64,000 nucleotides of DNA from an uncultured Gemmatimonadales bacterium. Its GTDB lineage: Bacteria; Gemmatimonadota; Gemmatimonadetes; Longimicrobiales; RSA9. The notes beneath the pieces were generated by a model. It was not told the origin of the DNA. It saw nothing but the letters and a program-made list of their open reading frames with translations, and made no database searches. Positions 9,787-19,662 of the stretch are shown in pieces; the stretch's first letter is position 1; each line of letters opens with the position of its first letter. Made by a program: the position numbers and the translations under genes. The stretch spans positions 1,152,001 to 1,216,000 of the forward strand of contig OY970192.1 in the NCBI GenBank assembly GCA_963708135.1, given 5' to 3'.

Positions 9787-11294
9787 CCGCCCTTCTCGCC
9801 CTCCTCCAGGCGAAGCCGCTGCCGCCGCTGGCGCAGCCGGCGATCGTGGCGGTCGCCGTCGGCTACTTCGCGGTGGTGGCGGTGATCGGCGCGTGGGCCA
9901 CGCGCCGGACGCGCACGGCGCGCGACTTCTTCGTGGCGGGGCAGGGGATCGGGCTGTGGGCGCTCGCGCTCAGCGCGATGTCCGCCACGCTCTCGGGCTT
10001 CGCGTTCATCGGCGGACCGGGGCTGGTCTACTCGATCGGGCTGGGCGCGATGTACATCATGCTGCCGGCGGCGATCACGGGCGCGATGGGGGCCTGGGTG
10101 CTGGCCAAGCGGCTGCGGATCCTGGGCGAGATCCGCGGCCTGATCACGGTGCCGGACGCCATCGGCGCCCGCTACGGCTCGCCGGCCGCGCAGGGGCTCT
10201 CGGCGCTGGCCATGCTCATCGCGATCGTGGGCTACATGGCCACGAACGTGCTCGCGCTGGGGCTCGTCATCGACGCCATCTTCGGCACCGGCCTCGGCGC
10301 CGGCATCTGGATCGGCACCGCCATCACGCTGGCGTACTCGGTCTCGGGGGGGATCGTCGCCGGCATCTACACGGACATGTTCCAGGGCGCGCTCATGGCG
10401 CTCGCGTCCGTGCTGGTCTTCCTGTTCACGCTCAGGATCGGCCACGGGCTGGCCGGCATCTCGCGCACGCTCGTGGCCGCCGACCCGCGCTTCCTCGGGC
10501 CCTGGGGCGTCCTCACGCCGCTCGCCGCGCTCTCCTTCTTCTTCGTCTTCGGCATGGGCTCGCTCGGGCAGCCGCACGTGCTCCACAAGTTCTACATGCT
10601 GCGCGACCCGCGCCGGCTCAAGTGGTTCCCGCTGCTCGGCACGTCCGCGATCCTCGTGGCCACGCTCCTCTTCTTCGGCGTGGGCGTGGCCGTGAAGAGC
10701 CTCGTGGCCCGCGGCGCGCTCGCGCCGCTCGCGAGCCCCGACGAGGCGACGCCGACGTTCCTGCTCCACTTCACCCCGACGCTGCTCGCGGGCCTCGTCT
10801 TCTCCGGCGTGGCCGCCGCGATCATGAGCACCGTCAACTCCTTCATGAACATCGGCGCGGCGGCGCTGACCCACGACCTGCCCCTGGCGCTGGGGCTCGC
10901 GCCGGGCGACGAGCTGCTCGGCGGGCGCATCGCCACGGTCGCGCTGTCGGTGCTCGCCGCGGCGCTGGCGCAGGTCTCGGGCACCCTCGTCGCCTTCCTC
11001 GGCATCTTCGGCTGGGGGCTCTTCGCCTCCACGCTCGTGCCCGCCCTCGCCATCGGGCTGAACTGGACGGGCGCCACCCGCGAGGGCGCCATCGCCTCGA
11101 TCCTGACCGGCATCGTATTGACGCTCGTCTTCGAGACGCTCGGCTATTTCCGCCTCTACAGCTTCCCCGCGGGCGTGACGGTCTCCGGCCTCTCGCTCGT
11201 GTGCAGCTTCCTGGTGTTCTTCCTCGTCTCCCATCTCACGCGCGGGCGTGCCGGGTCCCTCGACCCCGACGTCCGCCTGGCCATGGAGGTGTGA
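9783..11294 (+). CDS. sodium:solute symporter (SSS, PutP/PanF-like)
   Basis: DFFVAG, SATLSGFAFIGGPG, GQPH, AAIMSTVNS; many TM helices. Confidence 0.93.
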   Translation: MTALLALLQAKPLPPLAQPAIVAVAVGYFAVVAVIGAWATRRTRTARDFFVAGQGIGLWALALSAMSATLSGFAFIGGPGLVYSIGLGAMYIMLPAAITGAMGAWVLAKRLRILGEIRGLITVPDAIGARYGSPAAQGLSALAMLIAIVGYMATNVLALGLVIDAIFGTGLGAGIWIGTAITLAYSVSGGIVAGIYTDMFQGALMALASVLVFLFTLRIGHGLAGISRTLVAADPRFLGPWGVLTPLAALSFFFVFGMGSLGQPHVLHKFYMLRDPRRLKWFPLLGTSAILVATLLFFGVGVAVKSLVARGALAPLASPDEATPTFLLHFTPTLLAGLVFSGVAAAIMSTVNSFMNIGAAALTHDLPLALGLAPGDELLGGRIATVALSVLAAALAQVSGTLVAFLGIFGWGLFASTLVPALAIGLNWTGATREGAIASILTGIVLTLVFETLGYFRLYSFPAGVTVSGLSLVCSFLVFFLVSHLTRGRAGSLDPDVRLAMEV

Positions 11295-11434
11295 CGGTGA
11301 CCGACGACCCCGGCACGACCGGCCGGCGCGCCTCCGGGCCCGCCGCCCCCGTGCGCGGCCTCCGCCGCGCGCCGCAGCGACTCAACCGTGTCCGTCCGCG
11401 GGCACACTCCATCTCTCCACGCAAGGAGCAGACA

Positions 11435-13945
11435 ATGCACAGGACCTCATCGGCGCGTCCCGGATGGTGGACGCTCCTCGTGGCGGCGGCGCTCGCGCTC
11501 GTCCCCGCCGCGGCCGTCGCGCAGGCGGGTGCCATCACGGGCAGGGTGAGCGACGAGAAGTCCGCCCCCGTCCCGGCCGCCCAGGTCGTGGTCGAGGGCA
11601 CCCGCTTCGGCGTGCTGACCGACGCCGCCGGCGTCTACACGATCCGCGGCGTGCCGGCCGGCAGCCAGACGCTGGTCGTGGACTACCCCGGCTTCAGGAC
11701 GGCCCGCGTGCCGGTCACCGTGGCGGCCGGCGCCACGCTCACGGCCGACATCCGCCTCGAGGGCCGCCCGATCGCCATCGCGGGCGTGGTCGTCTCCGCC
11801 TCGCGCCGTCCCGAGCGCATCACCGATGCGCCCGCCACGATCACGCGCATCGGCACGGCCACGCTCGACAACTCGGTCGGCAACACCTGGGCGGGGGCCC
11901 TCAAGGAGGTGAAGGGGCTCGACTTCATCCAGGTCGGCATGACGAGCATCGCCGTGAACGCGCGCGGCTTCAACTCCTCCTTCAACAACCGCATGCTGAT
12001 GATGGAGGACGGGCGCGTGGCCGTGCTGCCGGAGAGCGGGCTGCCGACGGGGCCGCTCTCGGCGCTGCCCAAGATCGACCTGTCCGGCGTCGAGGTGCTG
12101 GTCGGCCCGGGCGCCGCGCTCTACGGCCCGGACGCCTCGAACGGCGTGATCACCCTCACCTCGAAGGACCCGAAGCAGTTCCCCGGCACCACCCTCGAGC
12201 TGACGGGCGGCAACCGCTCCTACCGCGACATCCAGTTCCGCCAGGCGAGCGTGCTCGGCGAGGGCGACTGGGGGCTCAAGGTCGCGGGCGAGTACCAGGA
12301 GGCCAACGACTGGAGCAACGCGCTGCGCTACGCCGGCGTCGGCGGCGCCATGGTCAGCGAGGACTCGATGGGGATCAACTCCATCGACTTCCACAGCAAG
12401 GTCGCGCGCGGCGAGGGCGCGCTCGTGCGCTACATCGGCGACGCGCGCATCGAGCTCGCCGGCGGCGTCAGCCGCACGGACGGCGTCGGCCAGACCAACG
12501 TCGGCCGCAACCAGTTCCGCGGCTGGATCTACGACTTCCAGCAGCTGCGCGCCTCCAACCGCAGCTGGTACTTCGACGCCTACCGCACGCACTCCAACTC
12601 GGGCGACTCCTACGCGCTCAACCGCTATGCGACGTTCTACACGACCGCCCTCTCGCCCGACTCCGTGCGCCACCTGGCCGACTGGCCGAGCAACGGCCAG
12701 ATCTTCGCGGCCGAGCTGCAGAACAACTTCACGCTGCCGCGGCTCCTCAACACGCACTTCATCTGGGGCGGCCAGATCCGCCACGACGTGGTCACCAGCG
12801 ACCGGCAATGGCTGACGGACCGCCTCACGGGCAAGGACCTCACGATCGACCAGAAGGGCGTCTACGCCCAGGCCGAGGCGCCGCTCATGCCCTGGCTCCA
12901 GCTGGTGCTCGCCGGCCGCTACGACGACCACGACAAGTACGACGGGCAGTTCAGCCCCAAGGCCGCGCTCGTCCTGAAGCCGACCGAGAACCAGTCGCTG
13001 CGCCTCAGCTACAACCGCGCGTTCAAGTCGCCGACCATACTGCAGACGGACTTCTTCATTCCCGACTGGACGCCCGTCATCTCGGTGCTCGGCAACACGA
13101 CCGGCTACACGATCAAGGACGCGAGCGGCGCCGTGAAGCGCACCTTCGGCCCGCTCCAGCCCGAGGAGAACCGCACCTGGGAGGTGGGCTACAAGGGGAT
13201 CCTCGCCGACCGCCTCTACCTCGACGTGGCCGGCTACTACTCGAAGTACAGGAACTTCATCAGCCCGCTCTCCATCGTCTCCGACCCGTTCGGGCTCGGC
13301 TACGCCGGCTACCCCGCGGGCGTGAAGACCATGGCCTACGATGCCGGCGGCCAGCTCGTCACCAACCTCTCGGGCATCCCGCCGATCCTGCTCATCTACT
13401 ACAACCTCGGGCAGGCGACGGTGAAGGGCCTCGACGCCGGGGTGAACTTCTACGCCAGCCCGAAGCTCACCCTCGACGGCACCTTCTCCCTCGTGGACCT
13501 CGCCAGCACGGACGTGGCCGCGGGCCTCGAGGAGGCCACGGCGCTGAACTCGCCCGGCACCAAGTGGACGCTCGGCGCCGCCGTCCAGGACCTCGGCCGC
13601 TCGCAGTCGCTGCAGAGCTTCTCCGGCCGCTTCGTCGCCCGCTACGTGAACGGCTACTACTTCCGCTCCGGCATCAACCGCGGCGTGATCCCGACGTTCA
13701 CCACGCTGGACATGAACCTGGGCTACGACCTGCCCTCGCTCAGCTCCACCATCACGCTCGGCGTGAGCAACCTCTTCACGTGCGCGCAGGACGGCGCCCT
13801 GCAGTACGCCGCGACGGACGCGCTCCAGACCAGCCCCACCAACCGGAGCACGAGCTGCGGCTTCAACGTGAAGCACCAGGAGATGATCAACATGCCCTCC
13901 ATGGGCACCATGCTGTTCCTGGGCGTCCGCTACCACGCGCGGTAG
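11435..13945 (+). CDS. TonB-dependent receptor with N-terminal carboxypeptidase-regulatory-like domain
   Basis: AAGGAG RBS, signal peptide, VVVSASRRPE, plug motif VEVLVGPGAALYG, PEENRTWEVGYKG. Confidence 0.93.
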   Translation: MHRTSSARPGWWTLLVAAALALVPAAAVAQAGAITGRVSDEKSAPVPAAQVVVEGTRFGVLTDAAGVYTIRGVPAGSQTLVVDYPGFRTARVPVTVAAGATLTADIRLEGRPIAIAGVVVSASRRPERITDAPATITRIGTATLDNSVGNTWAGALKEVKGLDFIQVGMTSIAVNARGFNSSFNNRMLMMEDGRVAVLPESGLPTGPLSALPKIDLSGVEVLVGPGAALYGPDASNGVITLTSKDPKQFPGTTLELTGGNRSYRDIQFRQASVLGEGDWGLKVAGEYQEANDWSNALRYAGVGGAMVSEDSMGINSIDFHSKVARGEGALVRYIGDARIELAGGVSRTDGVGQTNVGRNQFRGWIYDFQQLRASNRSWYFDAYRTHSNSGDSYALNRYATFYTTALSPDSVRHLADWPSNGQIFAAELQNNFTLPRLLNTHFIWGGQIRHDVVTSDRQWLTDRLTGKDLTIDQKGVYAQAEAPLMPWLQLVLAGRYDDHDKYDGQFSPKAALVLKPTENQSLRLSYNRAFKSPTILQTDFFIPDWTPVISVLGNTTGYTIKDASGAVKRTFGPLQPEENRTWEVGYKGILADRLYLDVAGYYSKYRNFISPLSIVSDPFGLGYAGYPAGVKTMAYDAGGQLVTNLSGIPPILLIYYNLGQATVKGLDAGVNFYASPKLTLDGTFSLVDLASTDVAAGLEEATALNSPGTKWTLGAAVQDLGRSQSLQSFSGRFVARYVNGYYFRSGINRGVIPTFTTLDMNLGYDLPSLSSTITLGVSNLFTCAQDGALQYAATDALQTSPTNRSTSCGFNVKHQEMINMPSMGTMLFLGVRYHAR

Positions 13946-13949
13946 GCGC

Positions 13950-15026
13950 GTGGCTCGCGGGCGGGGCGGGCAGGACGGGGCGCCGGCGGTCGGCATCGTG
14001 GCCGTCGGCACCTACCTGCCCGCCGGCCACCTGACGGCCGCGGACATCGCGCAGGCGTCCGGCATCCCGGAGACCGTCGTGGTGGAGAAGCTGGGCATCA
14101 CCCGCAAGACGGTCGGCTCGCCGGACGAGCACCCGAACGAGATGGGTGTGCGCGCCGCGCTCGACTGCCTGGCCGCCGCTCCGGTGCCGGCGGAGGAGAT
14201 CGACGTCGTCCTGTGCACGACGGAGGAGTGGAAGGAGTACCCGGTGTGGACGGCGGGCATCGACCTGGCCGACCGGATCGGCGCCCGCCGCGCCTGGGCC
14301 GCCGACGTCCACATGCGCTGCGCCGGCACCGTCGGCGCCATGAAGATGGCGCGCGACATGATCCGCTCCGACCCCGAGATCCGGCACGTCCTGATCGCCG
14401 GCGGCTACCGCATCGCGGACCTGATCGACCTCGGCGACGCGCGCACCTCGTTCCTCTTCAACATCGGCGCGGGCGCCGGCGCCATGCTGCTCTCCCGGGA
14501 CTGGCCCCGCAACGAGGTGCTCGGCAGCCACATCATCACGGACGGCTCGCTCAGCCGCAGCGTGGTCGTCCCGGTGGGCGGGACGCTGCGGCCCCTCACG
14601 GCCGGCGCGGACCCGGCCGACTTTCACCTGACCCTCGTCGAGCCGGAGCGGATGAAGCGGCGGCTGGACGAGGTCTCCATGGACAACTGGCTGATGTGCG
14701 TGGACGAGGCGCTCCGCAGGAGCGGCACCCGCCCCGACGGCCGGCCGTGGACGCGCGCCGACCTGGACTACCTGAACATCCTGCTGATCAAGCCGTCCGC
14801 GCATCGCGAGATGCTGGCCCGGCTGGGGATGGACGAGACGCAGTCGTGCTACCTCGGCGAGATCGGCCACATCGGCGAGCAGGATGCGATGTTCTCGATC
14901 CGCGAGGGGCTCCGCACCGGCCGGCTGCGCGACGGAGGGCTCATGGCCATCGTGGCCGCGGGGATCGGATACGTCTGGGCGGCGGGGGTGGTGAGGTGGG
15001 GGGAAAGGGAAGGGGGAACTGCTTGA
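13950..15026 (+). CDS. 3-oxoacyl-ACP synthase III (FabH)-like condensing enzyme
   Basis: GIVAVGTYLP, catalytic Cys in HMRCAG, GAGAGAML, GHIG, AAGIGYVW. Confidence 0.9.
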   Translation: MARGRGGQDGAPAVGIVAVGTYLPAGHLTAADIAQASGIPETVVVEKLGITRKTVGSPDEHPNEMGVRAALDCLAAAPVPAEEIDVVLCTTEEWKEYPVWTAGIDLADRIGARRAWAADVHMRCAGTVGAMKMARDMIRSDPEIRHVLIAGGYRIADLIDLGDARTSFLFNIGAGAGAMLLSRDWPRNEVLGSHIITDGSLSRSVVVPVGGTLRPLTAGADPADFHLTLVEPERMKRRLDEVSMDNWLMCVDEALRRSGTRPDGRPWTRADLDYLNILLIKPSAHREMLARLGMDETQSCYLGEIGHIGEQDAMFSIREGLRTGRLRDGGLMAIVAAGIGYVWAAGVVRWGEREGGTA

Positions 15027-15217
15027 AGCGGCACTACATAAACCGGCACTACACAAACCGGCAACTGCTCAAACCGGCACTACACAAACCGGCACTGCAT
15101 AAACCGGCAACTACTCAAACCGGCACTACATAAACCGGCACTACACAAACCGGCAACTGCTCAAACCGGCACTACACAAACCGGCACTACGTGAACCGGC
15201 AACTGCTCGAGGCGGCA
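15018..15217 (+). repeat. solo tandem array (AAACCGGCACTACAC / AAACCGGCAACTGCTC), CGGCAC family
   Basis: About 12 units of 15-16 bp between the FabH-like and FabG-like genes. Confidence 0.9.
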
Positions 15218-15235
15218 GGACACGGGGGGGAACGG

Positions 15236-16000
15236 ATGCGGTTGAAGGACAGGGTGGCGCTCATCACCGGGGGCGCGGCGGGGATCGGGCGGGCTGCGGC
15301 GGAGCGGTTCGCGGAGGAGGGAGCCCGGGTCGCCATATGCGACGTGGACGAGGCGCGCGGGCGGGAGGCGGCGGCGGGACTCGGAGCGGACGCGAGCTTC
15401 GACCGGGTGGACGTGGCCGACCGGGCCAGCGTGCAGGCGTGGGTGGACGGGGTGCGGGCGCGGCTCGGACGGATCGACATCCTGGTGAACAACGCGGGGA
15501 TCGTCCGGGACGCGCAGCTCGTGAAGTTCCGGGACGGCGAGCTGGTCGGGCAGATGGCCGAGGCGGACTGGGACCAGGTCATCGCGGTGAACCTGAAGGG
15601 GACGTTCAACTGCGGCCAAGCGGCGGCCATCCACATGGTGCGCCAGGGGGGCGGCGTGATCCTGAACGCGTCCTCGGTGGTCGGGCTCGACGGCAACTTC
15701 GGCCAGACCAACTACGTGGCCACCAAGGCGGGGGTGGTGGGAATGACCCGCACCTGGGCCCGCGAGCTCGGCCGCTACGGCATCCGCGTGAACGCCGTGG
15801 CGCCCGGGTTCGTGGCCACGGAGATCCTCTCCGCCATGCCGGAGAAGGTGCTCGCCGGGATGCGCGCGCGCACGCCGCTCGGCCGCATGGGCGAGCCGCG
15901 CGAGATCGCCAACGCATACCTCTTCCTGGCCTCCGACGAGGCGGCCTTCGTGACCGGCGCCGTCCTGCGCGTGGACGGCGGCCTCGTGGTCGGGACCTGA
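15236..16000 (+). CDS. fabG: 3-oxoacyl-ACP / acetoacetyl-CoA reductase (SDR)
   Basis: [25 protein letters not shown] (YxxxK), VDGG. Confidence 0.88.
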   Translation: MRLKDRVALITGGAAGIGRAAAERFAEEGARVAICDVDEARGREAAAGLGADASFDRVDVADRASVQAWVDGVRARLGRIDILVNNAGIVRDAQLVKFRDGELVGQMAEADWDQVIAVNLKGTFNCGQAAAIHMVRQGGGVILNASSVVGLDGNFGQTNYVATKAGVVGMTRTWARELGRYGIRVNAVAPGFVATEILSAMPEKVLAGMRARTPLGRMGEPREIANAYLFLASDEAAFVTGAVLRVDGGLVVGT

Positions 16001-16019
16001 GGGGAAGGGAGGCACCTCC

Positions 16020-17567
16020 ATGCACGCGGGCGACCTGCTGACGCACCGGGCGCGCATGACCCCGGACGCCGAGGCGCTCCTCGAGCTGCACACCGGCCGG
16101 CGCTACGGCTACCGCGAGCTGAACGAGCGCGCCTGCGGCGCGGCCAACTTCCTGCGCGAGCGCATCGGAATCCGCGCCGGCGACCGGGTGGCCGTGCTGG
16201 CGCACAACGGCGTCGCCTGCCTGGACCTGCTCTACGGCGTCGCCAAGATCGGCGCCATCCTGGCCCCGCTCAACTGGCGCCTGAGCGCGCCCGAGCTCGC
16301 CTTCATCCTCGGCGACATGGAGCCCGCCGTGCTCCTCGCCGGCCCCGAGTTCACGGGCGTGCTGGACGAGCTCGCCGCCGCCACGGCGCTGCCGGCCATG
16401 GTGGCGCTCGACGGCGCGCCCATCGCGGGCGCCGCGGACTACGAGGCGGAGCTCGCGCGCGCCTCAGCCGCCGAGCCGGCGCGTCCCCCGCTCGATGCCG
16501 GGACGCCGTACTGCCTGCTCTACACCTCAGGCACGACCGGCACACCGAAAGGCGCGGTGCTGCCGCACCGGCAGGTGCTCTGGAACTGCATCAACACGGT
16601 CGTGAGCTGGGGGCTGCGGCCCGACGACGTGACGCCGGTCTTCACGCCGCTCTTTCACACGGGCGGCCTCTTCGCCTACCTGGCGCCGGTGCACTACGTG
16701 GGCGGGCGGGTCGTGCTGGCGCGAGGGTTCGACGCGCAGGCGTCGCTTCGCACGATCGTGGAGGAGCGCTGCACGGTGGTCCTCGGCGTGCCCACGATCT
16801 ACCGCATGTGGATGGACGCGCCCGGCTGGGCGGAGGCGGACTTCTCCCACGTCCGCAACTTCAACAGCGGTGGCGCGCCGTGCCCGCCCGAGCTCATGGA
16901 CCGCTGGCGCCGCGACAAGGGCGTGGTGTTCCGCCAGGGCTACGGGCTCACCGAGGTCGGCCCCAACTGCTTCAGCATGACCGACGCGCAGTCCCTCGCC
17001 AGGTCCGGCTCCGTGGGCACGCCGATCCTGAACAGCGCCATGCGCCTCGTGGACCCCGCCACCGGCCGCGACGTCGGCACCGACGAGCCCGGCGAGCTGT
17101 GGATCTCCGGGCCGCACGTCTGCGCCGGCTACTGGCGCCGCCCCGAGGCCACCGCCGAGGCGCTGGTCGACGGCTGGTTCCGCACCGGCGACATGTTGCG
17201 CCGCGACGCCGACGGCTTCCACTACGTCATCGGCCGCTACAAGGACATGATCAAGAGCGGCGGCGAGAACATCTACGCCGCCGAGGTCGAGGCGCTCTTC
17301 CGCCAGCACGACGCCGTGGCCGACGCCGCCCTCATCGGGCTCCCGGACGAGACGTGGGGCGAGGTCGGTCTCATGGTCGTGGTCGCGCGGCCGGGCGCAC
17401 GCTGCACGCCGCAGGAGCTGCTCGACTTCTGCCACGGCCGCATCGCCCGCTACAAGATCCCCCGCCGCGTGGTCTTCGCGGACGCCCTGCCCTACTCCGC
17501 CTACGGCAAGGTGCTCAAGGCGGAGCTGCGCCGGATCCACCTGAGCCCCATGGAAGGCGACGCATGA
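16020..17567 (+). CDS. acyl-CoA synthetase (FadD/MenE-like AMP ligase)
   Basis: YTSGTTGTPKG, GYGLTE, FRTGD, GRYKDMIKSGGENIY, GKVLK. Confidence 0.93.
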   Translation: MHAGDLLTHRARMTPDAEALLELHTGRRYGYRELNERACGAANFLRERIGIRAGDRVAVLAHNGVACLDLLYGVAKIGAILAPLNWRLSAPELAFILGDMEPAVLLAGPEFTGVLDELAAATALPAMVALDGAPIAGAADYEAELARASAAEPARPPLDAGTPYCLLYTSGTTGTPKGAVLPHRQVLWNCINTVVSWGLRPDDVTPVFTPLFHTGGLFAYLAPVHYVGGRVVLARGFDAQASLRTIVEERCTVVLGVPTIYRMWMDAPGWAEADFSHVRNFNSGGAPCPPELMDRWRRDKGVVFRQGYGLTEVGPNCFSMTDAQSLARSGSVGTPILNSAMRLVDPATGRDVGTDEPGELWISGPHVCAGYWRRPEATAEALVDGWFRTGDMLRRDADGFHYVIGRYKDMIKSGGENIYAAEVEALFRQHDAVADAALIGLPDETWGEVGLMVVVARPGARCTPQELLDFCHGRIARYKIPRRVVFADALPYSAYGKVLKAELRRIHLSPMEGDA

Positions 17568-18664
17568 CAACCGAAACCTCACCGGCGCCGACCCTCACGG
17601 GGGTCGAGGCCCGCACGGTCCGCTCCTCCCGCCTCGCCACGCGCGTGCTCTTCTCGGGCCGCGCCGACGGCGTGCCCGTCCTCTTCCTCCACGGCAACCT
17701 GAGCTCCGCCACGTGGTGGGAGCAGACGATGCTCGCGCTGCCGGACGGCTTCCGCGCCATTGCGCCCGACCAGCGCGGCTTCGGCGAGGCCGACTCCGCC
17801 GCCACGATCGACGCCACCCGCGGCCTCGCCGACCTCGCGGACGACGCCTTCGCGCTCCTCGACGCGCTCGCCATCGCGCGCGCGCACGTCGTCGCGTGCT
17901 CGCTCGGCGGCGGCGTCGTCTGGCGCATGCTCGCCGACGACCCCGCGCGCATCCTCTCCGCCACGCTCTCCGCCCCCGGCTCGCCGTACGGCTTCGGCGG
18001 CACCATCGACGCGGAGGGCACGCCCGCCTGGGGCGACCACGCGGGCAGCGGCGCCGGGCTCGTCCACCCCGAGCTCGCCCGCCGCCTCGCGGAAGGCGAC
18101 CGCTCCGCCGACCACCCGCTCTCCCCGCTCAACGGGCTCCGGCGCCTGGTCTGGAACCCGCCGTTCATCCCCGCCCGCGAGGCCGCGCTGCTCGACGCCA
18201 CGCTGCGCACTCACCTCGGACGCGACGCCTACCCCGGGGACGCCCAGCCCTCGCTCAACTGGCCCTTCTTCGCCCCCGGAATGCGCGGCCCGAACAACGC
18301 CATCTCGCCCGCCTACGCGGGAGGCGTCGAGCGGCTCTGGGAAGGCGACGCCGCGCGCCCGCCGATCCTGTGGATCCGCGGCGACCGCGACCTCGCCGTC
18401 TCCGACGCCGCCGCCTCCGACCCCGGCACCCTCGGTCGCTTGGGGCTCATCCCCGGCTGGCCCGGAACCGACGTCTTCCCGCCGCAGCCGATGCTGCGCC
18501 AGACCCGCCGGGTGCTCGAGCGCTACGCCGCCGCGGGCGGCGCGTTCCGGGAGCACGTCATGCCCGGCGCGGGCCACGCCCCGTTCCTCGAGCGCGCGGA
18601 GGAGTTCGACGGACTGCTGCACGCAATGCTCCGCGAGCCGGTGGGGACGGTGAAAGATGGTTGA
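17564..18664 (+). CDS. alpha/beta hydrolase
   Basis: FLHGN, PDQRGFG, nucleophile elbow ACSLGGG, GHAPFLE; ATGA overlap with the ligase. Confidence 0.9.
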   Translation: MTTETSPAPTLTGVEARTVRSSRLATRVLFSGRADGVPVLFLHGNLSSATWWEQTMLALPDGFRAIAPDQRGFGEADSAATIDATRGLADLADDAFALLDALAIARAHVVACSLGGGVVWRMLADDPARILSATLSAPGSPYGFGGTIDAEGTPAWGDHAGSGAGLVHPELARRLAEGDRSADHPLSPLNGLRRLVWNPPFIPAREAALLDATLRTHLGRDAYPGDAQPSLNWPFFAPGMRGPNNAISPAYAGGVERLWEGDAARPPILWIRGDRDLAVSDAAASDPGTLGRLGLIPGWPGTDVFPPQPMLRQTRRVLERYAAAGGAFREHVMPGAGHAPFLERAEEFDGLLHAMLREPVGTVKDG

Positions 18665-19472
18665 AAGGACGGCGGACGGCGGCACGACGAACACCGGCAC
18701 GACCGACACCGGCACGACCGACACCGGCACGGCTGACGGCGGCACGACGAACACCGGCACGACCGACACCGGCACGACTGACGGCGGCACGACGAACACC
18801 GGCACGACCGACACCGGCACGACTGACGGCGGCACGACTGACGGCGGCACGACTGACGGCGGCACGACCGCCGGCGGCACGACCAGCCTCGGGGTGGGGA
18901 GGGCGGGGCCGGGCGCGAAGGGGTTGACCGTACTGGCCACGTTGGCATACATCCGCCGCACGGCCGGGGAGGAGCGGATGGAGGCGGTGCTCGGGCGGCT
19001 GCCCGAGAAGGCGCGGCGGGGGCTGAAGGGAATCGTCGCCACGGAGGAGGTGCCGTGGCAGGTGCTGTCGGGGCTGCTGCGGGCCGCCGATGCGGTGCTC
19101 GCGGCGGACGACCCGGGCTGGATCGAGGCGGCCGGTGCCTACGCGATCGAGTCGCTCGGGGTGGAGTACTACGGCGGGATACTGCGCAAGAAGAGCCCGC
19201 TCGAGTTTCTCATGCAGCCCGTCTCGCTCTTCCAGCTCTACTATCACCCCGGCAACATGGAGGTGGTCGAGGCCGGCACCGGCCTGGCCGTGCTGCGGCT
19301 GGTCGGCTTCGAGCACGGCAACGTCCTCTTCTGCCGCCGCCAGACGGGCGGCCTGCGCCGAGCGCTCGAGCTCGCGGGCGGCCGCCAGCCGACCGTCCGC
19401 CACGTTCGCTGCACCGAGGACGGCGACGGCTACTGCGAATGGGAGCTGCGCTGGGGAGAAGCGGGGGAGTAA
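18657..19472 (+). CDS. V4R-like small-ligand-binding protein with N-terminal pentapeptide repeats
   Basis: C-terminal C..G....ALEL.G...V.H..C...GD.YCEW pattern; start overlaps the hydrolase stop. Confidence 0.7.
   Translation: MVERTADGGTTNTGTTDTGTTDTGTADGGTTNTGTTDTGTTDGGTTNTGTTDTGTTDGGTTDGGTTDGGTTAGGTTSLGVGRAGPGAKGLTVLATLAYIRRTAGEERMEAVLGRLPEKARRGLKGIVATEEVPWQVLSGLLRAADAVLAADDPGWIEAAGAYAIESLGVEYYGGILRKKSPLEFLMQPVSLFQLYYHPGNMEVVEAGTGLAVLRLVGFEHGNVLFCRRQTGGLRRALELAGGRQPTVRHVRCTEDGDGYCEWELRWGEAGE
18670..18885 (+). repeat. 15-bp tandem array (CGGCAC core) in frame within CDS, encoding TTDGG/TTDTG/TTNTG
   Basis: About 14 units such as acgactgacggcggc and acgaccgacaccggc. Confidence 0.9.
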
Positions 19473-19488
19473 GGGGCGGGAGCACAAG

Positions 19489-19628
19489 CTGACTGCGGCA
19501 CGGCTGACTGCGGCACGACCGACTGCGGCACGGCTGACTACGGCACGGCTGACTGCGGCACGACCGACTGCGGCACGGCTGACTGCGGCACCACCAACTG
19601 CGGCACCAACAGCGGCACGGCTGACCGC
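19489..19628 (+). repeat. left-type CGGCAC tandem arm
   Basis: Repeated ctgactgcggcacgg / ccgactgcggcacg units. Confidence 0.9.
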
Positions 19629-19662
19629 GGGCGGACTCGGGAGCGGGGGGGCGGGGCTGCTT

